Positions 35,031 through 44,363 of a DNA stretch of 64,000 nt are shown piece by piece. The stretch is taken from the IMG/VR virus record IMGVR_UViG_3300029996_000255. The stretch is one strand, 5' to 3'. Below the pieces are notes generated by a model. It ran no database searches and was not told the DNA's origin. It worked only from the letters and a program-made list of their open reading frames with translations. Each line of letters opens with the position of its first letter. Within the stretch, counting starts at the first letter, position 1. This stretch comes from a virus. Taxonomy: Duplodnaviria; Heunggongvirae; Uroviricota; Caudoviricetes. A program made the position numbers and the translations under genes.

Positions 35031-35276
35031 ATGTTTAGAAGAAAAACAAAACTTAAGAAAGTATTAGACAAGAGAACAAATTATGTAACATTTAGAGATT
35101 TTCTAAAATCGTTATCACACAAGGAGTTACATATCTTGGCAGAAGAAATTATCTGGAAAGAATACGATGGATATAATGGTTCATCTTGTCGTATGGAACA
35201 AAATCATTATGACTTAATGGACAGGTGGCAGAAAGAATTTTATATAAAGGAAAGAGAGTATTTATTACCATGGTAA
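35031..35276 (+). CDS. hypothetical protein
   Basis: ORF track; identical 5'UTR TTCTTTGGATTGTGAGGT. Confidence 0.45.
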   Translation: MFRRKTKLKKVLDKRTNYVTFRDFLKSLSHKELHILAEEIIWKEYDGYNGSSCRMEQNHYDLMDRWQKEFYIKEREYLLPW

Positions 35277-35313
35277 AGTTCGATTTATTTTGGAAAAATG
35301 AAAGGAGATTTAT

Positions 35314-35706
35314 ATGGGCGTATCATGTGATATTTGTAAATATGGATGTGAACATGATTATGTGAGAAATAATTATTATTGTTCAAATAAGAACAGCTGC
35401 CATCCAATAGCAGATTCCCCAATTGTTAAGAATTGTAGATATGGAGAAATAGACCAATGGAAATATGATTTTAAATATAAACCAAATAAGAGTGATAAAA
35501 ATGTATCAAAAAAACTTATGTATGAAGAATTGAAAAAGATTCTTTTTGGAATTAAGTTAAAAGATATTGATACTATTATGAAAGAAATTAATGAACTACA
35601 AGATAAAATTACATCATACAGAGAACCATATAAATGTGAAACTTGTGCGGTTAAAGAGTGTGATGTATATGCATTAGGTTGTAGAGATTGTAGTGGTTGG
35701 AAGTAG
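35314..35706 (+). CDS. Cys-rich hypothetical protein
   Basis: ORF track; AAAGGAGATTTAT ATG. Confidence 0.5.
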   Translation: MGVSCDICKYGCEHDYVRNNYYCSNKNSCHPIADSPIVKNCRYGEIDQWKYDFKYKPNKSDKNVSKKLMYEELKKILFGIKLKDIDTIMKEINELQDKITSYREPYKCETCAVKECDVYALGCRDCSGWK

Positions 35707-35799
35707 AAAGAAAACTTCGTTTCCTTTGGATTATAAACGGAGAATATAACAGTAGAAACCATTAACAAAAATAAATATAAGAAAGAAGAGGTACAAAAC

Positions 35800-37911
35800 A
35801 TGGATGGATTTATGATGTTTAAAAAGGCTTTACAGAAGCACTTCGATGAAATGCAGAAAGAGGCAACACATTTATTTGAGGTAAATGTAGATAAGGATGA
35901 ATTATGGAATACATATCTTGATAGCTTCCCTGCTGGTACAAATGAGATTTTCAGAGAGCGTAGAGAACATGATTGTAGTTGTTGTAGACAGTTTATTAAG
36001 AATATTGGTTCTGCTGTCACTATCAAGGATAACCGGATTCATACAATTTGGGAACTGAATCTTGGTGATACAACATATCAGCCAGTATGTGACGCACTTG
36101 ACGCATTTGTAAAGGCTCATACAGTAACAGATATTTACACAACTAAGTTTTCTAAGGTTGGTACAGATTTTAATTTCGAGGAAATCAATGGCAAGTCTCA
36201 TCAGTGGGATCATTTCTTCTTAAAGTTGCCAAGTAAGTTTGTGAACAGAACAAGTCGTTCTAATGAGGAAGTTAAGGGACAGTTTAGAGATACAAGAAAT
36301 GTATTTAAGCGTTCTCTTGATGAAATTACTATGGAAGCACTTGATACAATTCTTGAACTTATCAATTCCAATACTCTTTATAAGGGTGAAGAGTGGAAGG
36401 GTGTTCTCACAGAGTTTAAGAGATATAAGAAGGAATATGATAAGCTCACTTCTGATTCAGAGAAGGAATTATATGCTTGGGAGAAGTCAGTAACAGCAGG
36501 CATGGCTATTGGTAGAATCAGAAATCATTCTATTGGTACACTTCTTATTAATGTAAGCGAGGATATGGACTTAGATACAGCAGTTAAGAAGTATGAGCAG
36601 ATTACCGCTCCGAGCAATTATAAAAGACCAAAGGCTATTTTCACAAAGAAGATGCTTGAAGATGCAAAGAAAACAATCACAGAGCTTGGATATATGGATT
36701 CATTACAGAGAAGATTTGCTAATCTGAATGATATTACTGTGAATAATGTGCTGTTTTCGAATAAAAGTGCTGCAAGAAGAATGGTTGGAGCTGATGATAT
36801 TTTTGGTCAGATGGAGAAGGATGTAGCTGTAAGTCCTAAGAAGTTCTCAAAGGTTGAAGAGATCTCAGCACAGGATTTTATTGATAAGGTACTTCCAACT
36901 GCAAAGGAAATTGAAGCATTTATAGAGAATAAACATGAGAAGAACTTTGTGTCTATGATTGCACCAGTTAATCCAGATGCTAAGACAATGTTCAAGTGGA
37001 ATAATGGATTATCTTGGGCTTATTCAGGAAACATTACTGACTCTGAAATTACAGAAAAAGTGAAAGCTGCTGGTGGAAGAACTGATGGTGTTTTAAGATT
37101 TTCACATAGTTGGAATTATGATGGAATGAGAAATGCTTCTCTTATGGATTTACATGTATTTATGCCTGGTTCAAATCAGAATGTTGTTATCAAGAATGGA
37201 AAAGAAATTCATGATAATTATGGAAATGATGAAAGAGTTGGATGGAATCATAGAAGACATTATGCTTCTGGTGGAGTTCAGGATGTAGATTATACCGCTC
37301 CTGCTCCTATTGGATATGTTCCAGTTGAAAACACAACGTTTCCTTCAATTGATAAATTGAAAGAGGGTGTATACACTTTTAAAATCCATAATTGGAATTT
37401 TAGAAATCCGACAACAGGTGGTTTTAAAGCAGAAATTGCATTTGGCGGTAATGTTTATAGATTTGTAAGAAGAGAACCATTACAGCACAAGGAATGGATT
37501 ACTCTTGCAAAATTAGAATTAAAAAATGGCGAGTTTAGTATTCTTGAGATGGCAGAAAATGATAGTACACCTATTGAAAAGTGGAATATCAAAACAAATC
37601 AGTTTGTGCCTGTATCAGTAATCAGCTATAGTCCAAACTACTTTGATGAGCAGGATGGAATTGGTCATAGACATTTGTTCTTCTTCCTGAAGGATTGTGT
37701 GAATAACGAAGAGCCAAACGGTTACTACAATGAGTTCTTAAAGAGTGACCTTGAAAAGCACAAGAGAGTATTTGAAGCATTAGGTGCTAAGTGTCATGTA
37801 GAAGATACAGATGATCAGCTTTCAGGAATTGGTTTTTCTATGACAAAGAGAGCAGATTTAGTTGTTAAGGTTAAAGGCGCAACAGAGCGTGTAATGAAGA
37901 TTAAATTTTAA
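35800..37911 (+). CDS. large hypothetical protein (703 aa) with an N-terminal HDCSCC motif
   Basis: ORF track; AAGAGGTACAAAAC ATG. Confidence 0.7.
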   Translation: MDGFMMFKKALQKHFDEMQKEATHLFEVNVDKDELWNTYLDSFPAGTNEIFRERREHDCSCCRQFIKNIGSAVTIKDNRIHTIWELNLGDTTYQPVCDALDAFVKAHTVTDIYTTKFSKVGTDFNFEEINGKSHQWDHFFLKLPSKFVNRTSRSNEEVKGQFRDTRNVFKRSLDEITMEALDTILELINSNTLYKGEEWKGVLTEFKRYKKEYDKLTSDSEKELYAWEKSVTAGMAIGRIRNHSIGTLLINVSEDMDLDTAVKKYEQITAPSNYKRPKAIFTKKMLEDAKKTITELGYMDSLQRRFANLNDITVNNVLFSNKSAARRMVGADDIFGQMEKDVAVSPKKFSKVEEISAQDFIDKVLPTAKEIEAFIENKHEKNFVSMIAPVNPDAKTMFKWNNGLSWAYSGNITDSEITEKVKAAGGRTDGVLRFSHSWNYDGMRNASLMDLHVFMPGSNQNVVIKNGKEIHDNYGNDERVGWNHRRHYASGGVQDVDYTAPAPIGYVPVENTTFPSIDKLKEGVYTFKIHNWNFRNPTTGGFKAEIAFGGNVYRFVRREPLQHKEWITLAKLELKNGEFSILEMAENDSTPIEKWNIKTNQFVPVSVISYSPNYFDEQDGIGHRHLFFFLKDCVNNEEPNGYYNEFLKSDLEKHKRVFEALGAKCHVEDTDDQLSGIGFSMTKRADLVVKVKGATERVMKIKF

Positions 37912-37932
37912 TTAGAAAAGGAGATTATTATT

Positions 37933-38322
37933 ATGACAAACAATGAATTATTTATCAATGCAACAAGAGCAAACTATCAGTTCCCATTCAGAGGAATGAT
38001 TAACGTAATTGATTTGTGGGATTTATCTCTCACAAATCTGGACTCAGTATTTAAGACACTCAATGCGGAAGTAAAGAAGTCTGAGGAAGAGAGTCTTCTG
38101 AATACTAAGTCAAAGGAAGACGAGGAGATTTCTAACAAGATTGAAATTGTTAAGTATATTGTTAGCGTAAAGCTTGATGAAAAGAAGAAGAGAGAAGACG
38201 CTAAGAAAAACGCTGAGATGAGACAGAGATTGCTTGGAATCAAAGCTAAGAGACAGGATGCAGCACTTGAGAATATGTCTGATGAGGATCTTGATAAGGC
38301 ACTTGCAGAGTTAGCTGAGTAA
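37933..38322 (+). CDS. hypothetical charged/coiled-coil protein
   Basis: ORF track; AAAGGAGATTATTATT ATG. Confidence 0.5.
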   Translation: MTNNELFINATRANYQFPFRGMINVIDLWDLSLTNLDSVFKTLNAEVKKSEEESLLNTKSKEDEEISNKIEIVKYIVSVKLDEKKKREDAKKNAEMRQRLLGIKAKRQDAALENMSDEDLDKALAELAE

Positions 38323-38436
38323 TTGTTATAAATATACCATATATAGTATTAAAAATAAGCATTGCATACTATATATGGTATATATTTTATATTAGAATGA
38401 ATCGCACATTTCTTGAGAGATTTTGGAGGCTAAGAC

Positions 38437-38808
38437 ATGAAAAATAGAAATAGTTATGAACGATTAAAAAGTATTCAGGTATCGTTATCTGAATTGTCAA
38501 AGAGTCTTGACGAGCAGTATTACAAGATGCGTCAGGAATGTATGGATGAAATTATTGAGGATAGAAAAGAATTTGTGACAAAGAAAAATGAAATGTATTC
38601 ACTGTATGAGAAAATTTCTGAAAGCGATTCTATGAGAATGACATGGATTAAGAATAAATTACCATGGTATATTACAAAATTTTGTAAGATTTCAAGTACA
38701 GAAATATCATTGAGAGATACAAGTATTTTAATTGGTGTAAATTTTGGAAAATCATATAGACCAAATTGTTATATTGAGATTACACCAAGAGATATTGGAT
38801 GGATTTAA
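38437..38808 (+). CDS. hypothetical protein
   Basis: ORF track; TTGGAGGCTAAGAC ATG. Confidence 0.5.
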   Translation: MKNRNSYERLKSIQVSLSELSKSLDEQYYKMRQECMDEIIEDRKEFVTKKNEMYSLYEKISESDSMRMTWIKNKLPWYITKFCKISSTEISLRDTSILIGVNFGKSYRPNCYIEITPRDIGWI

Positions 38809-38822
38809 GGAGAATAAATACA

Positions 38823-39377
38823 ATGTCAAATTTATATGTATATTTAATTCGTTCTCGAAATAAAGACAATAAGGATATTCCAAATTTCAAAGAACGAGCC
38901 GAAACAATTCTTGAATGTAGAGAGAATGAAGACAAGGTAATTGAAGATTTTAAGAGTTTTGCAGCTGAAGGAGTTCCTGGTGAACAGACAAGGTTGTATA
39001 GGTCGGTTAATTCAAGAAACGAAGAGAAAATCAGAGAAGAGTTTGTTATTCGTCTGTTAAGAGATAAACCAAGTATGACCCGGTTAAATCGCACATTAGC
39101 ATCTGTTGCACAACAGGTACAGAATCGTGATGAGAGTAAGTGGTTGTTTGATTTTGATGTGGATGATGATAGTTTAGTTTTAGAATTTATCTATGATATT
39201 ACAAATTATGGAATCGTGTTTAATCAAATCAAATTGTATAAGACACCGAATGGGTTTGCCGTTATAGTTCCGCATGGATTTGATACAAGAGAGCTGATGG
39301 AAAAGTGGAAAGATTATGACATTACATTGAAAAAAGATGAGTTGTTGTTTTTGAATATGATAACGAATGGAGAATAG
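38823..39377 (+). CDS. hypothetical protein (184 aa)
   Basis: TAAGGAGAATAAATACA ATG. Confidence 0.5.
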   Translation: MSNLYVYLIRSRNKDNKDIPNFKERAETILECRENEDKVIEDFKSFAAEGVPGEQTRLYRSVNSRNEEKIREEFVIRLLRDKPSMTRLNRTLASVAQQVQNRDESKWLFDFDVDDDSLVLEFIYDITNYGIVFNQIKLYKTPNGFAVIVPHGFDTRELMEKWKDYDITLKKDELLFLNMITNGE

Positions 39378-39378
39378 T

Positions 39379-40119
39379 ATGTACGAAAAATTGAGAGAAT
39401 ATATAGAAGAATCAAATGATATTGTATTCTTTGGTGGAGCAGGTGTATCTACTGAAAGTGGTATTCCAGATTTTCGTTCCAAGGATGGATTATATAATCA
39501 GCATGATGTTCAGTTTGATAAATACGAGCCAGAGTATCTTTTGAGTAGAGAATGTTTATATAACAATCCAAAAGTATTTTATGAATTCTATCGTCAGAAG
39601 ATGGATACAAGAAACATTGAGCCAAACATTACTCATAAGGTACTTGCTAAAATGGAAAAGATGGGTAAGCTGAAGGCTATTGTTACACAGAATATTGATG
39701 GACTTCATCAGAAGGCTGGCAGTAAAAATGTATTTGAGATTCATGGAACTACTCAGAAAAATTATTGTAGCAAATGCAAAATGGAATATCATCCTGATTT
39801 CTTATTCGATACTAAAGAAGCTATCCCAAAGTGTAAATGTGGTGGACTAATCAGACCTGATGTGACTTTATATGGAGAAAAATTGCCTGATGAAGCTGTA
39901 AATGGTGCTGTTGAAGCAATTAGTAAAGCCGATATGTTGATTATTGGTGGTACTTCATTACAGGTTTATCCAGCAGCAAATTACATCTCATATTTTAGTG
40001 GTAGACATTTGATTGTTATCAATAGAGAAAAAATCCATGTGCTATTGAACGGAGATACTGATTTGATGATTGTTGATTCGTTGGGTAATGTATTTACTGA
40101 GATTGAGAAATGGATGTGA
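39379..40119 (+). CDS. Sir2-family NAD+-dependent protein deacylase / ADP-ribosyltransferase-like protein (CobB-like, 246 aa)
   Basis: GAGVSTESGIPDFRS NAD-binding motif; Zn-binding CSKCK...CKCGG; GTSLQVYPAA motif. Confidence 0.85.
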   Translation: MYEKLREYIEESNDIVFFGGAGVSTESGIPDFRSKDGLYNQHDVQFDKYEPEYLLSRECLYNNPKVFYEFYRQKMDTRNIEPNITHKVLAKMEKMGKLKAIVTQNIDGLHQKAGSKNVFEIHGTTQKNYCSKCKMEYHPDFLFDTKEAIPKCKCGGLIRPDVTLYGEKLPDEAVNGAVEAISKADMLIIGGTSLQVYPAANYISYFSGRHLIVINREKIHVLLNGDTDLMIVDSLGNVFTEIEKWM

Positions 40120-40127
40120 GGTGAACT

Positions 40128-40289
40128 ATGGCGGTATATGTGACAGGTGACATACATGGAACTCCTATAAGATTAAGTAAGGATAGTTTTTATGAACAGA
40201 AAGATTTTTCTGGTAATAAAGATGAAAATATCTTAATTATCCTTGGTGATTTTGGTCTTGTATGGAGCAGAGATGAAGAAAGCAAATAA
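40128..40289 (+). pseudogene. N-terminal fragment (53 aa) of a metallophosphoesterase (GDIHG...ILGDFG), followed by ~290 bp of non-coding DNA; likely a gene remnant
   Basis: only motifs I and II are present; downstream frames do not continue the domain. Confidence 0.4.
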
Positions 40290-40576
40290 GAAAAATATAA
40301 ATCTTATTCATGATCAGTTAATACATATTCTTCAAATTGTTATAACATGGATTGTGTTTATAGCAATTCGATAGAGAATAATTATATATAGAAATTTCTA
40401 TCTTGGCGATTCAGCCAAATTTTCCAAATAAAAGTAACAAGAAATATTTTTTCTTATGGTTTTTGCAGACGTGCAAATTCCATAGGATTTTACAACAAAA
40501 TAATATTAAGAAGAAAGGAATTAAGCAGTAACTCCTAGGTAATTATGGTTACGTAACCTCTGTAAAATAATGTATT

Positions 40577-41065
40577 TTGACAGAGAATAATAAAAAAAAT
40601 AATTCTCAAGGGCTACGAGTGTTAAGTTTATGTGGTGGTGTAGAAACAGGATTATATGCGTTACAACAACTTGGAATACCTATAAGAGAATATCATACAT
40701 ATGAAATTTTACCAGAAGCCATAGCAGTTTCTCAGTATCATTTTCCGCTTGTGGTACATCATGGTGATTTATATGAAGCGGATTTTGAACAGTTCAAAGG
40801 ATTTGATCTTCTATTGGCAGGTACGTGCTGTCAGTCTCTTTCAAGAGTACGAATTGAAAATAAAGAAGTCAACAATGGTCTCGATGGTAAGTCAGGAATT
40901 TTCTTTAAAGCGATTGAGTGTCTTAGGGTAATTCAACCCAAATGTTTCATGTTTGAAAATGTAATACCAAGCAGTGATGAAGATCTAAAGACAATGACAG
41001 ATGAAATTATACATAATTATTACAATGATGATGAATGGGAGATGGTGGAAGATATTACTTACTAA
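40577..41065 (+). CDS. C5-cytosine DNA methyltransferase, N-terminal half (motif I LSLCGGVETG, catalytic-Cys motif IV GTCCQSLS, motif VI FMFENV). The last ~19 codons are insertion-derived
   Basis: motifs read from the translation. Confidence 0.7.
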   Translation: MTENNKKNNSQGLRVLSLCGGVETGLYALQQLGIPIREYHTYEILPEAIAVSQYHFPLVVHHGDLYEADFEQFKGFDLLLAGTCCQSLSRVRIENKEVNNGLDGKSGIFFKAIECLRVIQPKCFMFENVIPSSDEDLKTMTDEIIHNYYNDDEWEMVEDITY

Positions 41066-41699
41066 AGAAGTTAAAGTAAAAGCAAGAAGTAGAAATACAA
41101 AATTATTCGAGAGTTTGGGGTATAAGATTCCAAGAGACAAAGATGATCGAGGAAGAACTCGTGTAGTCCCTAATGCTACCATCATGGTTAAAATAGAGGA
41201 TCTACCAGAAGGGAGCAATGCAATAGTTAAATATCAATGTGATGATTGCGGTTCAATACATACAGTACATTATTCAGATTTAGCATATAGAAAAAATAGT
41301 CGTTTTAAGAAAAATGGTGAGACGTTATGTATTTATTGTTCTAATCATAGAAATTCTGGACAAAATAATCCTCAATATAAACATGGAGAACAAAGGTATT
41401 CTGAATATAGAAGTAACGCACGAAATAGGGGAATAGAGTTTAAACTGTCAGTTGAAGAGTTTAAAAATATAGTAAAACAACCTTGTCATTATTGTGGAGG
41501 ATTTTCATCAGAGTGGAATAAAAATAGCAGAGGTAATGGAATAGATAGAAAAAATAGTGACATAGGTTATATTTATGAAAATTGTGTTCCGTGTTGTAGT
41601 AAATGTAATTTTGTAAAAAACAATACCCCATATGATAAATTTTTGATATATATACGGAGGTTATATGAGACAACAAAGAATTATAAAATTTCGAAATAG
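41001..41699 (+). CDS. HNH homing endonuclease inserted inside the C5-methyltransferase gene (CHYCGG...NGIDRKNSDIGYIYENCVPCCSKCNFVK). Start uncertain; alternative ATGs at 41025-41031
   Basis: HNH motif; sits in a different frame from both methyltransferase halves. Confidence 0.7.
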   Translation: MKLYIIITMMMNGRWWKILLTKEVKVKARSRNTKLFESLGYKIPRDKDDRGRTRVVPNATIMVKIEDLPEGSNAIVKYQCDDCGSIHTVHYSDLAYRKNSRFKKNGETLCIYCSNHRNSGQNNPQYKHGEQRYSEYRSNARNRGIEFKLSVEEFKNIVKQPCHYCGGFSSEWNKNSRGNGIDRKNSDIGYIYENCVPCCSKCNFVKNNTPYDKFLIYIRRLYETTKNYKISK

Positions 41700-42210
41700 A
41701 AAGACAGGTGAAATTCAAACTTTTTCAGTAAGATTGATAGACTCTTCTTTATTTGGTTCTCAGAATCGTGAGAGATATTATTGGACAAACATACCGCTAG
41801 GTGAATTGCCTGAAGAATCTCCATTAGTTTTGAAAGATATTATGGAAAATAATGTAGGTGAGAAGTATTTCTACAAGAAGGACTTTGAGATTTTGGATAT
41901 GAATAAGCGTGTATGTGCTGAACTAAAGGTCAACACAACAGAAATGTGTAAAAGAATTTATAATCCAGATTTCAAAATGTCAACATTAACATGCGTGTCA
42001 GGTGGATATCACGAAAAGAAAGTATTAGATAGTGGTAGACCACGAAAACTTACAGAAGTTGAATATGAAAGATTACAGGGATTGCCTGATAATTTTACAA
42101 AAATTCAGCTTAACAATCGTTGGTTATCATACTCAAAAAGATGTAGTTTGATGGGCAATGGATGGAATGAACCTACTATTGAATGGATTTTGAGTGGGTT
42201 AAGAGAATAA
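41665..42210 (+). CDS. C5-cytosine DNA methyltransferase, C-terminal half (motif VIII QNRERYYW, target-recognition domain, motif IX RKLTEVEYERLQGLPDNF, motif X GNGW), with its own RBS (ACGGAGG) and ATG
   Basis: motifs read from the translation. Confidence 0.7.
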   Translation: MRQQRIIKFRNRKTGEIQTFSVRLIDSSLFGSQNRERYYWTNIPLGELPEESPLVLKDIMENNVGEKYFYKKDFEILDMNKRVCAELKVNTTEMCKRIYNPDFKMSTLTCVSGGYHEKKVLDSGRPRKLTEVEYERLQGLPDNFTKIQLNNRWLSYSKRCSLMGNGWNEPTIEWILSGLRE

Positions 42211-42267
42211 AAGAAAGGAGTAAGAGGTTTGGTATACCGAAAACGCAGCGTTTACTCCTGATACATA

Positions 42268-42771
42268 ATGATAATAAATAGAGTCTGGCAGATGCCAAAT
42301 AGCAACACATTTTCAATTAAGCCAATTAAGGAATTAATTGAGAAATATGCAACTGGTAAGATTGTTGATCCGTTTGCTAATAGCAATAAATTGGCAACAG
42401 TGACAAATGACTTAGATACACAATATGATACTGATTACCATATGGATGCATTGGATTTCTTAAAGATGTTCGATGATAACTCAGTAGATACAGTGTTATA
42501 TGATCCACCATACTCGCCACGACAGGTAAGCGAATGTTACAAAAATCTTGGACAGACAGTAAATATGCAGACAACACAAGCTTCATATTGGTCTAAACAG
42601 AAGGAGCAGATAGGAAGAATTGTAAAGAAAGATGGCATTGTAATTACTTGTAGCTGGAATAGTGGTGGTATTGGTAAGAAGTATGGCTTTGAAATTCAGG
42701 AAATTTTACTTGTTCCGCATGGCGGCTGGCACAATGATACAATTGTTGTGGTTGAGAAGAAGATCGAGTAG
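42268..42771 (+). CDS. small N6-adenine/N4-cytosine DNA methyltransferase-like protein (VDPFANSN ... LYDPPYSP)
   Basis: DPPY catalytic motif and FxGxG-like motif. Confidence 0.5.
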   Translation: MIINRVWQMPNSNTFSIKPIKELIEKYATGKIVDPFANSNKLATVTNDLDTQYDTDYHMDALDFLKMFDDNSVDTVLYDPPYSPRQVSECYKNLGQTVNMQTTQASYWSKQKEQIGRIVKKDGIVITCSWNSGGIGKKYGFEIQEILLVPHGGWHNDTIVVVEKKIE

Positions 42772-42867
42772 AGAATAACATAATATGAAGTTCGCAGGAA
42801 AGCGGAATTTCTTCTAAGTTTTCAGAGAATAAATACATATAAAAAACAAGAAAAGAGGATTAAATGT

Positions 42868-43173
42868 ATGAGTAAAGCTATTTTAGTGTTAGATATGCCT
42901 GGAACTTGTTGTGATTGTAATTTTTGTAGAGAAATACAAGAAGGTATCGAAGCATGTTGTGAATTAATGGATGAGCCAAATGATAATACTCTTTGTAGAA
43001 TGGTTGATAGTAAAAATGAATATTGTCAAGAAAAACCAAATTGGTGTCCATTAAAAGAATTGCCAGAAGAGACTCACAATGATGAATATATGGATGAATA
43101 TTGTGATGGCTACGATGATGGTTGGAACTCATTAAGAAAGAAAATTTTAGGTGAAGATGAAGAGAATAAATAG
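42868..43173 (+). CDS. Cys-rich acidic protein
   Basis: ORF track; AAAGAGGATTAAATGT ATG. Confidence 0.45.
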   Translation: MSKAILVLDMPGTCCDCNFCREIQEGIEACCELMDEPNDNTLCRMVDSKNEYCQEKPNWCPLKELPEETHNDEYMDEYCDGYDDGWNSLRKKILGEDEENK

Positions 43174-43521
43174 ATGACAATTGGTGTAAAAATATGTGAA
43201 GCAAAAGATACAATTAAGAAATACGAAAACCTTGGGTATAGATTTGTTAGTGAAGAAAATGTGGGTGAAGGATACCTAAAGCTCATATTCAGAGAACCAA
43301 TTATTCCAAAAGAGACTTTGATTAAAATACCGAATGTTTCATCTGCTGTTACAGGTACAATTCCAAGAGTATTTCTTTTTAAAACTGATTTACCATTTGA
43401 CGAAGCCGAGAGAACAGGTGAATGGATTTATAAAAACATTAAGAAAGGTGTGCTTGTTATTCCAGAATGTGTTGAATTCATAGGTGTAGAAGATCTATTT
43501 AAGACAGAAAGGATAGAATAA
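43174..43521 (+). CDS. hypothetical protein
   Basis: ORF track; TAGATG coupling. Confidence 0.5.
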   Translation: MTIGVKICEAKDTIKKYENLGYRFVSEENVGEGYLKLIFREPIIPKETLIKIPNVSSAVTGTIPRVFLFKTDLPFDEAERTGEWIYKNIKKGVLVIPECVEFIGVEDLFKTERIE

Positions 43522-43728
43522 ATGAATAAAGAAAAACAAATTGAGGTATTAGAAGATCTAAAATCTTATGTAAATGAAGAGTGGGATGAGTATGAATACG
43601 CAGATGATATAAAGGATGCCAATGTAGTACTGGATGTAGCGATAGCTTTAATCAAATCGTCTAATGTTGCAGGTACATTATCTATAAATGATAAAAATTA
43701 TATAGTTCTTGAAGGTCAAGAATCATAG
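43522..43728 (+). CDS. hypothetical acidic protein
   Basis: ORF track; TAAATG coupling. Confidence 0.45.
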   Translation: MNKEKQIEVLEDLKSYVNEEWDEYEYADDIKDANVVLDVAIALIKSSNVAGTLSINDKNYIVLEGQES

Positions 43729-43755
43729 ATTTCTTTTGGAGTTTAGGAGGGTTTT

Positions 43756-43905
43756 ATGAGAATATATACTGAAATGGAATGCGATATTGGTTGTGAAGAT
43801 GGATTTTTTTGCGAATATTACAATGAAGAAACAAAAAGTTGTAATTATCCAAATGTTTGTAATGTTTATAAAGAAAATAAAAAGAAACATTGGTGGCAGA
43901 AATAA
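43756..43905 (+). CDS. small Cys-rich protein (49 aa)
   Basis: TTAGGAGGGTTTT ATG. Confidence 0.3.
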   Translation: MRIYTEMECDIGCEDGFFCEYYNEETKSCNYPNVCNVYKENKKKHWWQK

Positions 43906-43936
43906 TAGAGAATAAAACAACAGGAGGTGCAAATAA

Positions 43937-44350
43937 ATGCAGAATATTAGTATTAAAGGAGTTTGCGATTGTGTAGACTTAGACAGAAATATCAAATTAA
44001 CAAATGGTGCAGTCGTAGTGCAGAAAGAAAATAATAATGTAATAGGTGTTTATTTAGTGATTTCGTTCAGAGATAATAAAAACAAATATGGTAGCGATAG
44101 TACATCAACATACTGTAGTTTGGTAAATCTCGACAATGGACAATTAGCTTTTGAAGAAAGATGTAGTCGTGCTACAACAGAGAGACGTGTTCTTAGACAT
44201 CTAACAAGAGCAGGTTTTAGTTATCCTTATAATCCAAATTCTCATGAGCAGGATAGTAAGTTTTACAATATGAGAGTTCAGGTTTATAACAATGGAAATT
44301 ACAAAATGAATCTTGAACTTGGTGACGAATACATTATGTATGGTAGATAG
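43937..44350 (+). CDS. hypothetical protein
   Basis: ORF track; CAGGAGGTGCAAATAA ATG. Confidence 0.5.
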   Translation: MQNISIKGVCDCVDLDRNIKLTNGAVVVQKENNNVIGVYLVISFRDNKNKYGSDSTSTYCSLVNLDNGQLAFEERCSRATTERRVLRHLTRAGFSYPYNPNSHEQDSKFYNMRVQVYNNGNYKMNLELGDEYIMYGR

Positions 44351-44363
44351 GAGAATAAATCAT

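Noticed and set aside
35376-36026. 216-aa minus-strand ORF, and most other minus-strand ORFs in the track (e.g. 24980-25495, 59467-59958, 5556-6005, 9043-9408, 38780-39094)
   Set aside because: They lie antisense to well-supported + strand genes, have no RBS, and have low-complexity Leu/Ile/Phe/Ser-rich translations typical of the antisense of AT-rich coding DNA. Only 24173-24439 on the minus strand has a recognisable fold and RBS.
36263-36493. Internal alternative-frame ORFs such as 36263-36493, 30893-31153, 46337-46597, 40749-40931, 55042-55224, 56004-56204 and 56676-56888
   Set aside because: They lie fully inside longer, motif-supported ORFs in another frame and have no RBS.
35800-37911. 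Tried to assign the 703-aa protein to a known family (ADP-ribosyltransferase, macro or vWA domains were considered)
   Set aside because: No diagnostic motif could be recognised by eye, so it is left as hypothetical.
38823-39377. Considered a 2H-phosphoesterase/Acb1-like anti-CBASS enzyme
   Set aside because: No paired H-x-[TS]-x motifs are present in the translation.
41009-41715. Group I intron interpretation of the methyltransferase insertion
   Set aside because: Not fully rejected, but no boundary placement gives both a 5' exon ending in U and an intron ending in G while restoring the reading frame. The C-terminal half also has its own RBS and ATG. A free-standing homing endonuclease splitting the gene therefore seems more likely, and it is reported as an open alternative.
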